64,000 nt of DNA from Octopus vulgaris. Its lineage: Eukaryota. Below are positions 1-13,984 of the stretch, one piece after another (the first letter of the stretch is position 1; each line of letters begins with the position of its first letter). Made by a program: the position numbers and the translations under genes. The notes below the pieces were generated by a model. That model saw only the letters and a program-made list of their open reading frames with translations. It did not search any database and was not told the origin of the DNA. The stretch lies in assembly GCA_951406725.2 (NCBI GenBank), contig OX597823.1, forward strand, positions 75,268,001 to 75,332,000, in the 5' to 3' direction.

Positions 1-1102
1 TGAATTTCACTATTTTTGACAGATAATTGTAAGTGGAAAATAAAAAGAAAATTGAAACAAATCAGCATCAACATTTGAGAAGAGACCTGCTTTAACTACA
101 GTTCACAAATATTGAAGAAAGGATGACAACAAATATAACTAATTTAAAATGATATGAAAAGAGAATATCTCTTTTTACAGAGAATATTGTCCTTTTCAAT
201 TGATCACAAGGAAATGTTCGAAAACTTGGTGTAAAAAAAATAAACAAAATGATTAAGTACCAGACGCCAAAAGGAGAAATAAAATATTACGTATATACTG
301 TGAGAGAACATACCCATAACGAGTAGACATATGTTGGATGAAGTTGCAGACGAATTAAAATGCGTAAAAAGTGACTGTTATTGCTGTTAATGATAGTGAC
401 TTGTTTTGCTTTGTTAGTGAGAGGTGTTTTAGAGAAAATTATACTGACAATATTTGGGGCCATGTTAGCGTGTAGAATTATTTCATGTATGGCGATATTT
501 GTAAGCAAGTGAGTTTCCTTAGGTGTGTTCGTGTGCTAAGTAGGCACCGGTTGTGTTCGTAGTTTAGTTATTTTTGGTTTTATTGAATTTTAGCGATTGC
601 TTTGACAATGAAAATATGAATGTTACAAAATCTGTTATTTATTTAAATCATTAATAACAGGGTTTGTCAAACTTTTTTAAAGTCCCACTTTCTCATGTAT
701 TCAGTGACCTAAATAATTATAAAATACCCACTTTTGAAATAGAATGGAAGAAATATTTATAAACACACAGTCCACGAACATAGCCTTCATAAAAGTCAAG
801 TGTTAAAATGCTTCTATACTAATTAAATATCTCCAAAACACCGCTCCGTAACAACCTAAATACTGCACCACAAGTAAAGAAGACGAAACAAAGACTATAT
901 AAAGTCAAAAGTTAACTCTAATGCATCACAATCTCAACATGCTTTGACGGGGCAAAACTTCGAAATCACAGAAACAACAATATTCTTTGATGAAGAATAA
1001 CCACATACTCTACTAAACTATAACTTATCCCCCCAGAATAATGTAAATTTTGGTTTATAGAAACAAATATTTCTCTCTCTCTCCCTCTCTCTCTATCAGT
1101 CT

Positions 1103-1164
<62 letters not shown>

Positions 1165-1315
1165 AAAATTTATCTCTCTCTCTGTATATATATATACAGA
1201 GAGAGAGAGAGAGGGAGAGAGAGAGAAAAAGAAATAGAGAGATACGTATATATGTACATGCATATATACACACAAACATATGTACATGATTACATACACT
1301 CACATACTCATGCAC

Positions 1316-1373
<58 letters not shown>

Positions 1374-1953
1374 AAACATATTAAGTATAGATTTTTCTCT
1401 TTTCACTATTTTTATCATCGTTTATATTACATATTGACTCGCCGTATTCCTGCCGCAAGGAGAATTAGTGAAATAATTAGGTGAATGTAAGGAAATGGCA
1501 TTACACGTACTTACAACGCAATTGTAAACCAAATGATATCACCACACACGCACACACATACACACACACACTCACACACACATACATACATATCACAAGT
1601 GTGGTTTCTCCATGTGAAAGATTCTGATTTTCACAGGTGTCGTATTAGTTTCAGGAAAAATATCTAGAGAAGACATTACAGTACCAAATGATATCTACTT
1701 AAAAAGTGATGCATATGTATGTGTGTGTGAGTGTGCGCGTGCATACGTGTCTGTATGTGTGTGTAGGCGCATGTGTGTGTATGTGTGAATGCACGCGATG
1801 TGATGGAAATAGAGTTTACTTCCGTGTATCACCTTAAGTGTATGAATATATCTACGATTCAAGTGTAAGTATGCATATAACTGCTTATAGACTTAGACAC
1901 ACACTCACATATCTGAATAAATACACACATACACACACACACATATATATATA

Positions 1954-3468
1954 CAGTTTCGGCCAAAATGTTCAGAACGGCATTGTTTTCGTCAGAAAAG
2001 TAGATGTACTTTTTTATCAAAGTTGTTTTATATTCTCTAATTTTCAAGACAATCAATACAATAGTATGTGTTATTGCCTGCGATTTTAGTGTAATTTGAG
2101 AGGATAATACAAAAGTTATGGATGATTTAGGGATTTACTGCAAAACCCATGGCGGCCAAAATGATCAGAACGGTTGCTTTTACTCCGTGTTTTAGTATAT
2201 TTAACCGGTGAACTCTAATGTTTTGAATTTATTTACCTGACGGTTCGTTTACTAAACATGAGTAATAATATTTGCAGTGTACTTTGTTAATATAATGCCA
2301 CTTACTCCGTTACCAATTCGTGAGCAGATTATTAAGCTTCGAAGGAAGGATAATGTAAGTATTGAATCTATTGCAAAGATTGTTAACAAGTCAAAAAGTG
2401 TTGTACACGGTATTCTTAAGGTTTACGATGATTGTGGTTCGTGTGAAGCAAGAAAGTTTACAGGAAGACCAAGAAAAACGACCAAGAGAGAAGATCGTGC
2501 TATGGTAAAGTTGGTTAAAAAGGACAGATTTAAAACTGCTGCTGCTGCTGCTTCTCGGAAAATGAGCATTGTATTGAAGAAAAGTTTATCTCGAAAAACT
2601 GTCTCGTCGTTTAGTTGATCATGACCTACAAGCAAGAGCACCTGCACTGAAGCCATTGATCAGCTCCAACAATCAAAAGTGTCGTCTTACCTTTGCAACC
2701 GAACATGTGTAGTGGTCTCAAGAAAAATGGCAAATGGTGCATTTCAGTGATGAATCTAAGTTTATGCTATTTGGCTCAGATGGGAAAAAGGTACGTTCGT
2801 AGAAAAGTAGGTGAAAAATGGTCGCCTAAATGCCTTAAGACTACTGTTAAATTCGGTGGATGAAGTGTCATGGTTTGGAGAATGATATCTGGAGATGGTG
2901 TGGGCCCTTTGGTGCGATTACATGGAAAGTTAAATGCAGGAGTTTATAAACAACTTGTAAAAGATCATGTCTTGCCTGTGCTGGGAAATTCAACTAAGCG
3001 ACCACCCATATTCATGCAGGACAATGCCCCATGTCACAAGGCTAAGGTGGTCATGAACTTCCTCAAGGCTGAAAAGGTTATTGTTATGGATTGGCCAGCT
3101 CAAAGCCCAGATCTCAATCCTATTGAAAATGTGTGGAATATTCTAGGAGAACATTCGAAAGCCAGAAATCCTGAAACAACTGAGCAATTATGGAATGCCC
3201 TTCAGGAAGAATGGAATAAGATCACCCAGCAAGAAATTTAAAAAATTAATTTCCTCATGCAGTCGAAGATGTCAAAGTGTGATTGAAGCTAAAGAGCTTT
3301 TCACGAAATGTTAAATAATTCCAGTATTCTCTGTCATTTTTGATTATTTTGTTATTTTTTCAACCGTTCTGATCATTTTGGCCACCATGGGTTTTGCAGC
3401 AAATTACTAAATCATCCATAACTTTTGTATTATCTTCTCACATTACACCAAAATCTCAGACAATAACA
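1954..3468 (+). mobile_element. Tc1-family DNA transposon (IR/DR type), degenerate, with the outer half of the right TIR missing
   Basis: Starts TA|CAGTTTCGGCCAAAATGTTCAGAACGG. An inner direct repeat GGCCAAAATGATCAGAACGG lies at ~2154-2173. Positions 3361-3468 are the reverse complement of ~2070-2176. A transposase lies between the TIRs. Confidence 0.92.
2295..3314 (+). pseudogene. Tc1 transposase pseudogene (DD34E)
   Basis: N-terminal HTH region with GRPRKTT, then FSDESKF, QDNAPCH and WPAQSPDLNPIENVW. There are 34 residues between the second D and the E. Broken by frameshifts and stops (ORFs 2277-2618 and 2870-3241). Confidence 0.93.
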
Positions 3469-3750
3469 ATTAATATTACCATTTTGTAAGAAACATATCC
3501 GTTAGATTCTAATTCTTATTTTTATATTGTAGTTTACTGCACATATAGACGTGCATGCACATTGTTATGTTTGTCTATTTTTTTCTTTCGTCTCTCTCAC
3601 TATTATTATTACTGTTAATTTTTCCGTTTTACAACTTGCTTGTAAGTGTCCGGTTTTCCCTTTTACCCCATTTCTATACTCCCTTATTGTCTCTTATTTT
3701 GATTTACTTTATTTTATTAAACTTCTTTGATGTCCTTCCAAAAATTCCTC

Positions 3751-3840
3751 ACACTGATGAGAATGAAAATGCAACAGTTTAATTATAATTACTATGATTA
3801 AAATTATATATTTGTTTTGTCCTTTGAAACGCACGTATAT
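3751..3840 (+). ncRNA. Degenerate type-I hammerhead-like motif with long stem II (probable PLE terminal-repeat relic)
   Basis: CTGATGA (3754-3760) and GAAACGCACGTA (3826-3837). The intervening sequence folds back (TTTAATTATA/TATGATTAAA). Stem I is imperfect. Confidence 0.4.
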
Positions 3841-4062
3841 ATTGAATGCTATTTCGGATTAAATCTAATTGATTCTAATAGTTTATGGTATATATATGCC
3901 TATGACGATACTTTTCTATTACCATTTTCCTATTCATTCTTATTAATTTATCTAGCTGTTTTTATGAATATGATGAATCTTTATTAGAAATCATTCTTTC
4001 TCTCTTTTTGGACCGCTCAAAAAGTTTGAATTATTCTTTTTTGAACTTAATATTTTCCCACA

Positions 4063-4155
<93 letters not shown>

Positions 4156-5562
4156 GTGTGTGTGCGTGCGTGTGTGAAGATATGTGTATGTGTATGTTTT
4201 TGAATTTTGTGTATTCGTGTATGCGTGTCTGAAATTAAAATTGAATATTCAGATTGAATCACGCCATGACTGTGTCTATATATAATTGAACAAACGGTTG
4301 AAGAAATTTCTTAACCATCCAATATCTGTACTCGTCAATTCAACCACGTATTTATGCTGTGTATTTATTCTGTGATCCAAAACTCTATATCACTTCAATT
4401 TAACAAGCTATTTCAATTATTTAGCCCAATCTCTCATTCTATCTCACGCACTTGCTTTCCTTCTCCGTCTCTCCTGTGTATAAACATATATATATGTATA
4501 TGTGCGTGTTGCTTCATGACTGCAGTTTATTTTCAAGAAATAAATGCCCATTATTATTCGGTGTTAACTGTTTGTGGGTATAACAACTGGCAGAATAGGG
4601 AGAGTTACCTGTGTAACATACAGTTTCTTTTCATCACTAGATGAGAACACTTTAAGTTTCTGTGCTTGTATTAGTATTTCAGCGCTGTTACCAGTTTACT
4701 CCAATAAATATTCATGGAAGGGTCGCAATAGTATTTTAGATAAAGGGAGGACGTGTAGATTTCCGGGAAGACAGTTATATCTGAGATACACACCAAAACT
4801 AATTCCCTTGAGTCAAATATATATTTCAAGTTTCTTTACTAATTCTAGAGCAGTGTCATCTGCGTCATCTGTTTGTAAGGAAAAAAATATATAATATTTT
4901 TGAGACGAAAATATGCGAAAGTATGGGAGTCTTGCAGCAACTACGTTAATGCACTAACTAACCAGTAAACATACTGCTGTGTTTGATAAACCTGAACGAT
5001 AGATCGAACAAACTCTCATCTGGATGAAAAACTTTAAGTAGTCACGTGCGTTATTTGTACATATGAAATACCCATGTAGACAAGACACATATCTTGTAGA
5101 CAGAAATAATTTCCATACAGATTTATTTCCACAGGAGCCTCTGCCTGGATTCATATACCGTTGACATACAATCGCAATGTAAACCATTAATTACATAGTA
5201 ATCTTGATAACCAAACGACGTATCTTTCGTCACCTTTTTGTTTTCCGGTTTCACTCCATATACAAATGACTTAGATGAAGAATACAATAATAGCGAAACA
5301 ATTAATCTAAAGTATATGTGGAAGGAGTTTTATTGAAATTTCAGTCCATCCGCAAGTAAAACGCCCAAATACAATTACATAGTTTAGCAGTACTGTTGAG
5401 GGATGAGATAAATATCATATAAACAGGGTGCACGAGTGGAAAATGAGGAAAATGAAAAAAAAACATGTCAGAGTGTAAAAGACTCCTTTAAAGCAGAACG
5501 GGATTATGGGAACAATCTGATTTTCTGATGTACCGAAAAATATCTCAAAATCATCGAGCACA

Positions 5563-5612
<50 letters not shown>

Positions 5613-5680
5613 TTTATATATATATATCAGTAAGTATATATATGTAGGTGTATAAACATATATACATATATAAATATATA

Positions 5681-5713
<33 letters not shown>

Positions 5714-5714
5714 T

Positions 5715-5766
<52 letters not shown>

Positions 5767-5788
5767 TGTGTGTCTGTGTGTGTGTGTG

Positions 5789-5826
<38 letters not shown>

Positions 5827-6169
5827 TTCGCACATATATGACCAAGTAATGTTCATAGAAGTGTCTAGCAATCCAGGCATTGTGAGTGATGAATCAAAAT
5901 AGTAAATAGGGCAAATTTTCCTACGGGTAATGAGGACCATATTTAACCATGGCGAACAATTCAAAACTCGACAGAGACTATTTATCTTGCTCTTTGTCAT
6001 TGTCAATCTATCGCTTTCCATTTTGATTCTATTTCGTTTAACACGTACAGGAAGAACCGTGCACTCACAAATACAAACACCAAATTTATTTGTGCGTTTC
6101 AGCGTATGCAAGTTTAAGCATCTGTCACAATGTGCATGTGTATGTGTGTATGCGTTTGGTTTTGTGTAC

Positions 6170-6230
<61 letters not shown>

Positions 6231-6790
6231 AAGAAATGCACACGAATTGTACATGTCATTATGTTTACTTCAATGCCTCAGCTTTATATATTTTTTCTGC
6301 GGTATTACACTATACCTTCCATTTCTTGCTGCAGGACTTTACCGTAATATCTCTTCAGCTTATCACTCTCATAATCTCTCTCAATCACAAGTTGGCTTCT
6401 TCTATCAGGAGACAAGATGGACCAATGCCAAATGAACAATGCGTGAAATTCCAGTCTATATTCTTCAGTAAATGACTTATAGGATATTTAGATTTTAGAT
6501 TCATTCAGTGTGAAGGACCTCAGCTTTTGATTGAAACTAATTAGATTGCTACGTACTTTTCTCTGAAATGGAAATGGCTAACAACAGCTTGAACACAATT
6601 TCATTTGAAAAGAATTTCTTTGAGAAATGGCAAATACATTTCTTTACTTTAGCTTAATCTATGTGATCTTCTTTATGAAGATCATGTATTCGTAACACTT
6701 CCTCCAGATCCCCTGTGTGTATGTGCGTATATATATATATATATATATATATATGTAAATATACATGCGTGTTTGTGTATATATAAATAC

Positions 6791-6834
<44 letters not shown>

Positions 6835-6876
6835 TATGTATGCATATATAAATATATATATATGTACATATAAATG

Positions 6877-6934
<58 letters not shown>

Positions 6935-6937
<3 letters not shown>

Positions 6938-7581
6938 TCAAGGAAGAGACAAAATTATGCACACTTCCTTTTTACAATGTATTTACACAACAGTAGGGAC
7001 AAGATGCACTTGGTCAAGCGATCCACAAGCTTGCGCATTCTCTCCAAGAAGAAGGATTTTGATTGGGCGTGCAACAATATATACAACGCTTGTTTCACAT
7101 CTTCATCCGTAGGAAGTCGACTACCTCGTACAGTCCAAAGATATGATAATCGCAAAAGGCGGAATCTGAGTTGTAGGCAAGATTTTCTAGCACCTCAAAA
7201 CCCAATTGGTTAATGGTTATAACGGTCTGGTTCGCCGTGTATAGCGCGCATTGTCAGGCAACAACAAAATTATCTTTGACAATAGAATTTGGCGTCTGAA
7301 AGCTTTATAATTTGGCCAGCAAAGCCATGTATCTTACACTGTTTATCGTACACCCTTTTCCTAGAGAAATCGGATCACTGCACTTTGTTATTGATGCATA
7401 TTACTAGTGGGGTGTCAATGCTTATACTGCAACGCCCGGAAGAAAAATTGGCGCGATCAGGCTCAAACGTTGATTACGTGACCTCAATCGTACCAGCTAT
7501 GAGCACGCTTGCGCAGAAGTCAGTGTGACAATAATAAGGATATGTTATTGCAAAAGTGCCGGTGACATATTACTTCCACTC

Positions 7582-7584
<3 letters not shown>
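6935..7584 (-). mobile_element. mariner transposon relic, internally deleted
   Basis: The minus strand encodes a mariner C-terminus ([15 protein letters not shown]...[16 protein letters not shown]) and an 'ILLLPDNAR' motif near 7245-7270. It ends in a TACGAG-type TIR abutting (TA)n at 7584. Confidence 0.8.
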
Positions 7585-7630
<46 letters not shown>

Positions 7631-7906
7631 AAAATTGTAGCGCGTACGGTGTTCATAAGTTATTTAACATCTCAGAAAAACCGTTATATTCACTTCAACA
7701 TTTAAATTTAACCTGCCAAAATATTTTTGTCGCTTTGAAACCGCGACAAGTTCACTGACACAATTTCGTGGTGCATATGAGAAAGTAACAATTAGTTTAT
7801 GATATGTATGTATGTATGCGTGCATCAAAGTATGTATGTGCGTATGCATATGTGTGCATGCGTATATATGTATACATGCATACGTATGTGTGTGTTTGTG
7901 TAAGTA

Positions 7907-7939
<33 letters not shown>

Positions 7940-10900
7940 GTAAATATATATGTTTGTGTGTGTATGTGTATGTACATATATGTGTGTTTGTGTGTGTGTG
8001 TCTATATGTGCATGTATGTTGATACATAAATACCTACGTACATACTCGTAAATATATAGAAGGAAATTGAAAGAAAGCAACAGGAATCTTATTGTTAAAA
8101 TCTCCAATAACGTCACTTCTTTTATCAAAAATAACTGCAGGGAAAATCTATCAAATAAATATTTGTTTTTATCATTTTGAATTTATCGTCGATATGAGAT
8201 GATAAAAGCTTGTATAATAGAATCATTCTAATTATTACTCACTGTTATATAATTCATATACACTTTTGCATATGTGTTATTGGTTTACAGTTCGGCTCAT
8301 ACTTTAAGCATCACTATGTGTCTTCTTTTTCATAACATAGTCACAAGAATGACAGCATCCATTTAGACTCGAAATCAGGCTATACACCATATTAAATTAT
8401 TTAATTAAATAATGTGTTAAATTGATAAGCCACAACACTTCACACCATTGGGTCAAACTGTGAATGACAGCATATTTCAGTTTGCGCTTTTCATTAAAAA
8501 ATAAACATTCTCTAAAATTCATGATCACAGTTTCATAGGAGAAGCGTTATGTTATAGCAAATAAGTCACTTCTTAAACTATTCAGTAATAAGCTATTTCC
8601 AAAATCCAGGTTTTCACATCGGATAAATTTTGATGTTGAAGCATTTAAATTTGTCAAACTTTAGTTCTAATGTGCATAATTGTTATTCATTTCTCTTTCT
8701 ATGTATATAATTATATGTATCAGTTCAATACTGGTGTCAGTCTAGTCGAATTAACCACTACCCAAGCAGTTATATATACATATATAAATATATATTTATA
8801 TATGTATATATGTATTTATGTATGTATGTACAAATACATATTTACAAATGTATGTTTGTGTGTATCTGTAATCATATAAACAGTAAAGACAATGGAAGCC
8901 CTTTCTATAGCACCGTATAAAATCTAAATATGATGCTAAGAACTATTGAGCGCCATCATATTGAACTTGTTCATGTAGCGCTGTCGTCTATTATATTGCA
9001 AGTATTAAAATGATTGTCGTTAATGATGTTTCGTAATTGAAACATACTAATAGCTTTTAGAATATATACACATATAAATACGGTGCAGTGTGTTGTTTCA
9101 TTATTGTATGTATGCCATATGGAAAAGTAAACAAAAATTCTATTAGTGGAAATCTTGTGGAATAAGTATAACATGTACTTGAAGAAAATGAAATAGTGAA
9201 TTTAATACAGATAAGTAAACGTCACGTACATATCGCATTTGTCAATCATTTGAATATTATCTGTAGATATTTTGGAACTAGTGTGAAAATATCAATTCAC
9301 GAAAAAAGAGAAATACGACTTAAAATAATGCAGATAATGTTTAAATCTAGTTTAATCTCAGATGAATTCTCGACATTGTAGGAGTTTCATTTAAATAGCA
9401 ATGTATATATCATTATTGAAAAATTACAAGAATGCTTAACGTATGCAGTCTTTTAGTATGTGCACTGTTAAGACAATATAGTTTTACTGTATAACCTTTA
9501 TATTAATCATTACTTTGTCTCAATTTGTAGAACTATATAGAATAGTAATACAACTCAGAGAAATGTGATATAGAATTGCAGTTTCCCTGTGAATTACTGT
9601 TTTTCAACCACTTGAGCAGAGAAACGCGCAATACCATTATTTACAAATAACTAATCAACTAATTTTTAGATGACCTATTATCTATAACCATATATATCTA
9701 TAACCATATATATATAACCATATAGATATATAACCATATATATTATCTATAACCATATATGTCTTTATCCGAGCGGTGCTTTAAATCACTTTTGTGTTAG
9801 TATCTTTATAAATTTATGACGGATATTGTAAGGTGGTTTTATTTCCTCTAATACCAAACCGCATTCTTTTACACTTTTTGAACCGTTATTCCTAATTTTT
9901 CACCATCATATTTCTACATCCCATATTTTATATTTCACTAAATTACCAGTCTGCGTTTACGTTCTCAACCACTACATTGCATCACTTACAGCACACCAAG
10001 TCATCAAAATATCCACTATAACCTCAGCCTTTTAAAATTCTAGCTCTAAAAAACTGTAATTATTTTCGCATCTGAGCGTCATAACTACAATAATTTTCAA
10101 ACTATTTCAGCTCCTCGACAAAGCACAAGCAGTTTCTTCTTTATTACACTAACAGTAACATGTCTCCTACTAAAAAAAGTAAGCTATAAACTTATTTAAC
10201 TCCGTACACCATTTTCAAGATATTAGAAGAGTATTAAGTAAGATATGCAATGAATGTAAAGAACAATGATTATATTATAGTTCTAAATTGAAAATAAATA
10301 CAAACGAAATGATGAGTTTCACGGTTATTAACACTGCTAGGAAATTACGGGTAACATCGAATGGGATGTATAGAATCGTGTGTAGAGTAATTCAATTCTT
10401 TTGTGTAATCAGTTTTATTTGAGAATCCAGGATTATCTTTCTAGTAACAATTTTGATTAAAATGATAAAAGAATCTAAGTAAAACAATTCTGTCTTAAAC
10501 ACGCTTACATTTGAGTGAGCGTGAAAGCAATTAAGGAGCAATATTTTTCTGCGAAAATAATTCAATTCACTTATCTTTCGTTAGCATAAATAAATCTTGT
10601 TTCACGACACTGAATTAGTATCGAAAACACAAAGCTGTATTATATAGCACATAGATGTTGCCGTGAATGATTTAATGCAGTTTGATGTATTCCAAAAATA
10701 ATTTTTTATGCATTCATATCACTCTTCGTTAGTCAGATATCGATGTTATACGTACAATTTTTACATTTTAAATATTAGTCATTTCTTCAGTTACGATTCT
10801 GTACATTATCTATTGTACGATGTTTTTGCATATAAAAACACTATTGATAAAAAGTAATAAATTCTCTACATTTTCTGGGTAAACTGTATTAAATATAATC

Positions 10901-11129
10901 TATGAGTGTCGAAGGACTTGATGACCAACACATATTTGCAGATGTTTAATGGGCATTGCCTACAAAGGTTTTCAATGTGTTACGGATGTATTATATACAA
11001 TGAATGATTCAATGAGTGGATACAAAACATTTTTAAACAACCATTTTAATACTCGGATTTAAGTAACTAAGATAAACAAAGAAATATCCTGCCAGAAAAA
11101 ATGATCGATATAGAAGGAATTAAATATTG

Positions 11130-11325
11130 TTTCAAATTTTGATTCAAGTCCAGTAATTTTGGATCAGAGGTATATCGATTACATCGACCTCAATCCTAAA
11201 TTGGTACTTATTTTATTGATGAAAGGCGAGGTCGACCTCTGTGGAATTTGAACTCAGGACATAAAGACGTACGAAATGCCGCTAAGGGTTTGAGCCTGAT
11301 CGCGCCATTCTGCTAGCCCATCGCC
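11130..11325 (-). mobile_element. tRNA-derived SINE (Nin/Deu-domain-like family), degenerate
   Basis: The minus strand has the B-box-like GAGTTCAAATTCC followed by GAGGTCGAC..GCCTTTCATC..AAGTACCA. Homologous to the copies at 21.8, 30.6-30.9, 53.0 and 59.7 kb. Confidence 0.8.
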
Positions 11326-13071
11326 TTATCGAGGAGTTAACTATTAAGATTTAGACATGGTTGTGCACGTATTTTCAGCTAGTGACTTATTTCAAAACTT
11401 TGCTAAGGAATTAGCAAAATTGTTATAGACACATAAAATATTAGCGAGAATATATTTTTGTAATCCATTTACATTTTATGAGTCCTAAAGTCATTTGAAA
11501 CTGAAGTCCATTGTATTATCTTTTACTACTCTTTTATCGTATAAAGGCATCTACAATTATTCTATATTCGAAACGTTTGCACATCATTTTCTAACGTACT
11601 TTCTCACTGTTACTTGAATGATCATGTACAATGGCCTAGTTTCTTCAGTTCTCTTCTATTTCAATTCCCATCAGCTTTTATCGGGAAGATATCTATTGCG
11701 TTTCCAACAATAAAAATAAACCAGTGCATGTCTTGTTCTATCACAGCCAACGTATCTACCAGTTTTTTAAGGGATACTGTCTGCCCTTAGCGATTTATTT
11801 TTTGTTCGTGGATGATAGAGCCACACTCTAGTTACGTCACGTAACGTAATGCATGTTACTGCTTGTGACTACGCTATAGAGGATAATTTTGATTTTATGT
11901 AATTTCGAATAAAATTTTATTTTCATCTGTGTAATATAAGGTAACGTACGATCATAGTACATAAAGAACTTGAGGGGGAATTCTAGCTATAAATAGACAA
12001 AAAGTGAATTTTCCTACGCACAAAATGAATCTAGATGAAGAGATTTCTATATGCTATAGATAAAATGACTATAAATATAAAAACACGAATATTGAATAAT
12101 AAATTATGTACATTTTACACTGGAAGTATGACGTAAAGCAAAAGGCGCATAAAATTTCAAAGATACCTCAATACATTTCTACGATAAATGTTTGTTTTTA
12201 TGTATCTATTTATTAATACTTTGTGAGTCTTTATTGAATTATGATATGTTATGATATGATTGTAGCAGTGAAAATAATGAATATTGTAGGCGTCACGTTG
12301 TAACTCTTCCATAAAGTGATTCAAGAATATTTAAGATGAACTTACACCAATGACTGGCTCTCCGAGTTAAATCTATGTAGCATACAAATTCCGCAGGAAG
12401 ACATGTTTTCTTAAATACTAGCGGGCTATCAGCTTTGTATCCAGTATATCTCTTGATCATTTTGTCAGGCACTCTTTTTTATAAAGTTAGTAACTACAAT
12501 ATATTCACATATAACTATATTACTTGTAAATTGATTTCGTCATATTGGCCCGGCATTTAACAACAAAAATGCATATATTTTATGTTTGCATTATATTTTA
12601 TATATTTTTGTGTCAGCCTTATCCATATTTTGCATAGTGCAGACTTCTCTATAACTCAGCCTATGCCATGCAGTTTAAGTTATAAATGCAAGTCTCGTGA
12701 CATTTTCTTTTTGTTTTTACTTTGTAAAATCAAAACAACAAACAGGAATGTAAAACTCAAAATATCATGCAAATGTTGCAATGAAAAAATCTGAAAATAT
12801 TTTTAAAAGGCTCTAATTTTCATGAGAATGAAACACTGATGCGAATGTTTCATACCTTATAAAATTTAACGCAAGTAAATGTTGTAAAATGTAAAAATCA
12901 CCCATGAAAAGGTTTCTTGGGACAACAACCTATCCTGTATCGCTCCAAAATTTCTATTTCGATACATGTTAAAAATGGTGTGCATTAATGTACACACATA
13001 TACAAACAAAAGATGAAACATTATTCCTATTTAGACGAACAGGATTAGATTTATTTAACCACAATTGTTTC

Positions 13072-13122
13072 AAGGCGGTGCTCCAGCTTGGCCACAGTCT
13101 AACGTCTGAAACAAGTAAGAGT
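13072..13122 (+). mobile_element. 3' fragment of the OR/CORE-type SINE family
   Basis: AAGGCGGTGCTCCAGC.TGGCCACAGTC....CTGAAACAAGTAA matches the 3' ends of the copies at 36.55 and 37.72 kb. Confidence 0.7.
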
Positions 13123-13984
13123 TAAAAAAATAAAATACACTCTTAAATTACATATATTCCTGTGAAAGTACTTGAGCAGCATGGAACACTTCATTCCCCT
13201 TCACAAAGATGTTTTCTGAGAAATATTGTCACCGAAGTTTTTTGTGTTTATTTTGATCAACAGTGATTTCCATATGCGAAAGTATGAAAAAATGGATTGA
13301 TTTATTCATGGAATCCCAATGCAGGGAAATATTTCCCTTATTTTACTGTTCAATGTAATTCTCCCAGGGAAATCTAGTTTATGAGATAAAACACTTTATA
13401 GAATAGTGTCTAAATAAATCTCATACTTCACTGCATGAAAATCACAGAAACATTCATGCATCTATTGTAAATTAGCCCGACTATATTTATCGGTTTCTCA
13501 TTTATGCAAAATCCAGGCGATGTATTATTGAACTTGCCTCTGGATTTGAAATATTCTTTGCGATTTCCTGCATATTTCGGATTATTGCATCAAAATTACA
13601 AGGGTTTTATTATGAAATATAATATTCGCTGAATGAGTTTTGCTTTGAATTTTACTGCACACCATATCTCAAAACATTCATCTTAATGTACTAACCATTG
13701 AATTTTACGTAATATATAGGATATAACAATTATTAAATTTAAACGTTTCACTCTTGTTTTGCGCTTATTGTTAATAACGATATGGATACACACACACACA
13801 CACACACACCCACACACATACTCACACACACAGACACATACATATATAAATGAGGTATGAGAGGGGAATATATTTAATTAACTACTTCATATCCGCTTCA
13901 TATACATTTACGTTTCGCAATCTTCATCGTAATATAATTTCCTTGTACGATAAATTATAAAATGAAACATTTTTTAATTATCAG

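Noticed and set aside
4609-4868. Possible minus-strand exon (polypyrimidine-CAG acceptor; DDADDTALELVKKLEIYI*; AG|GTAACT donor)
   Set aside because: All frames close quickly, there is no recognisable homology, and no partner exons were found. Transcript data would be needed.
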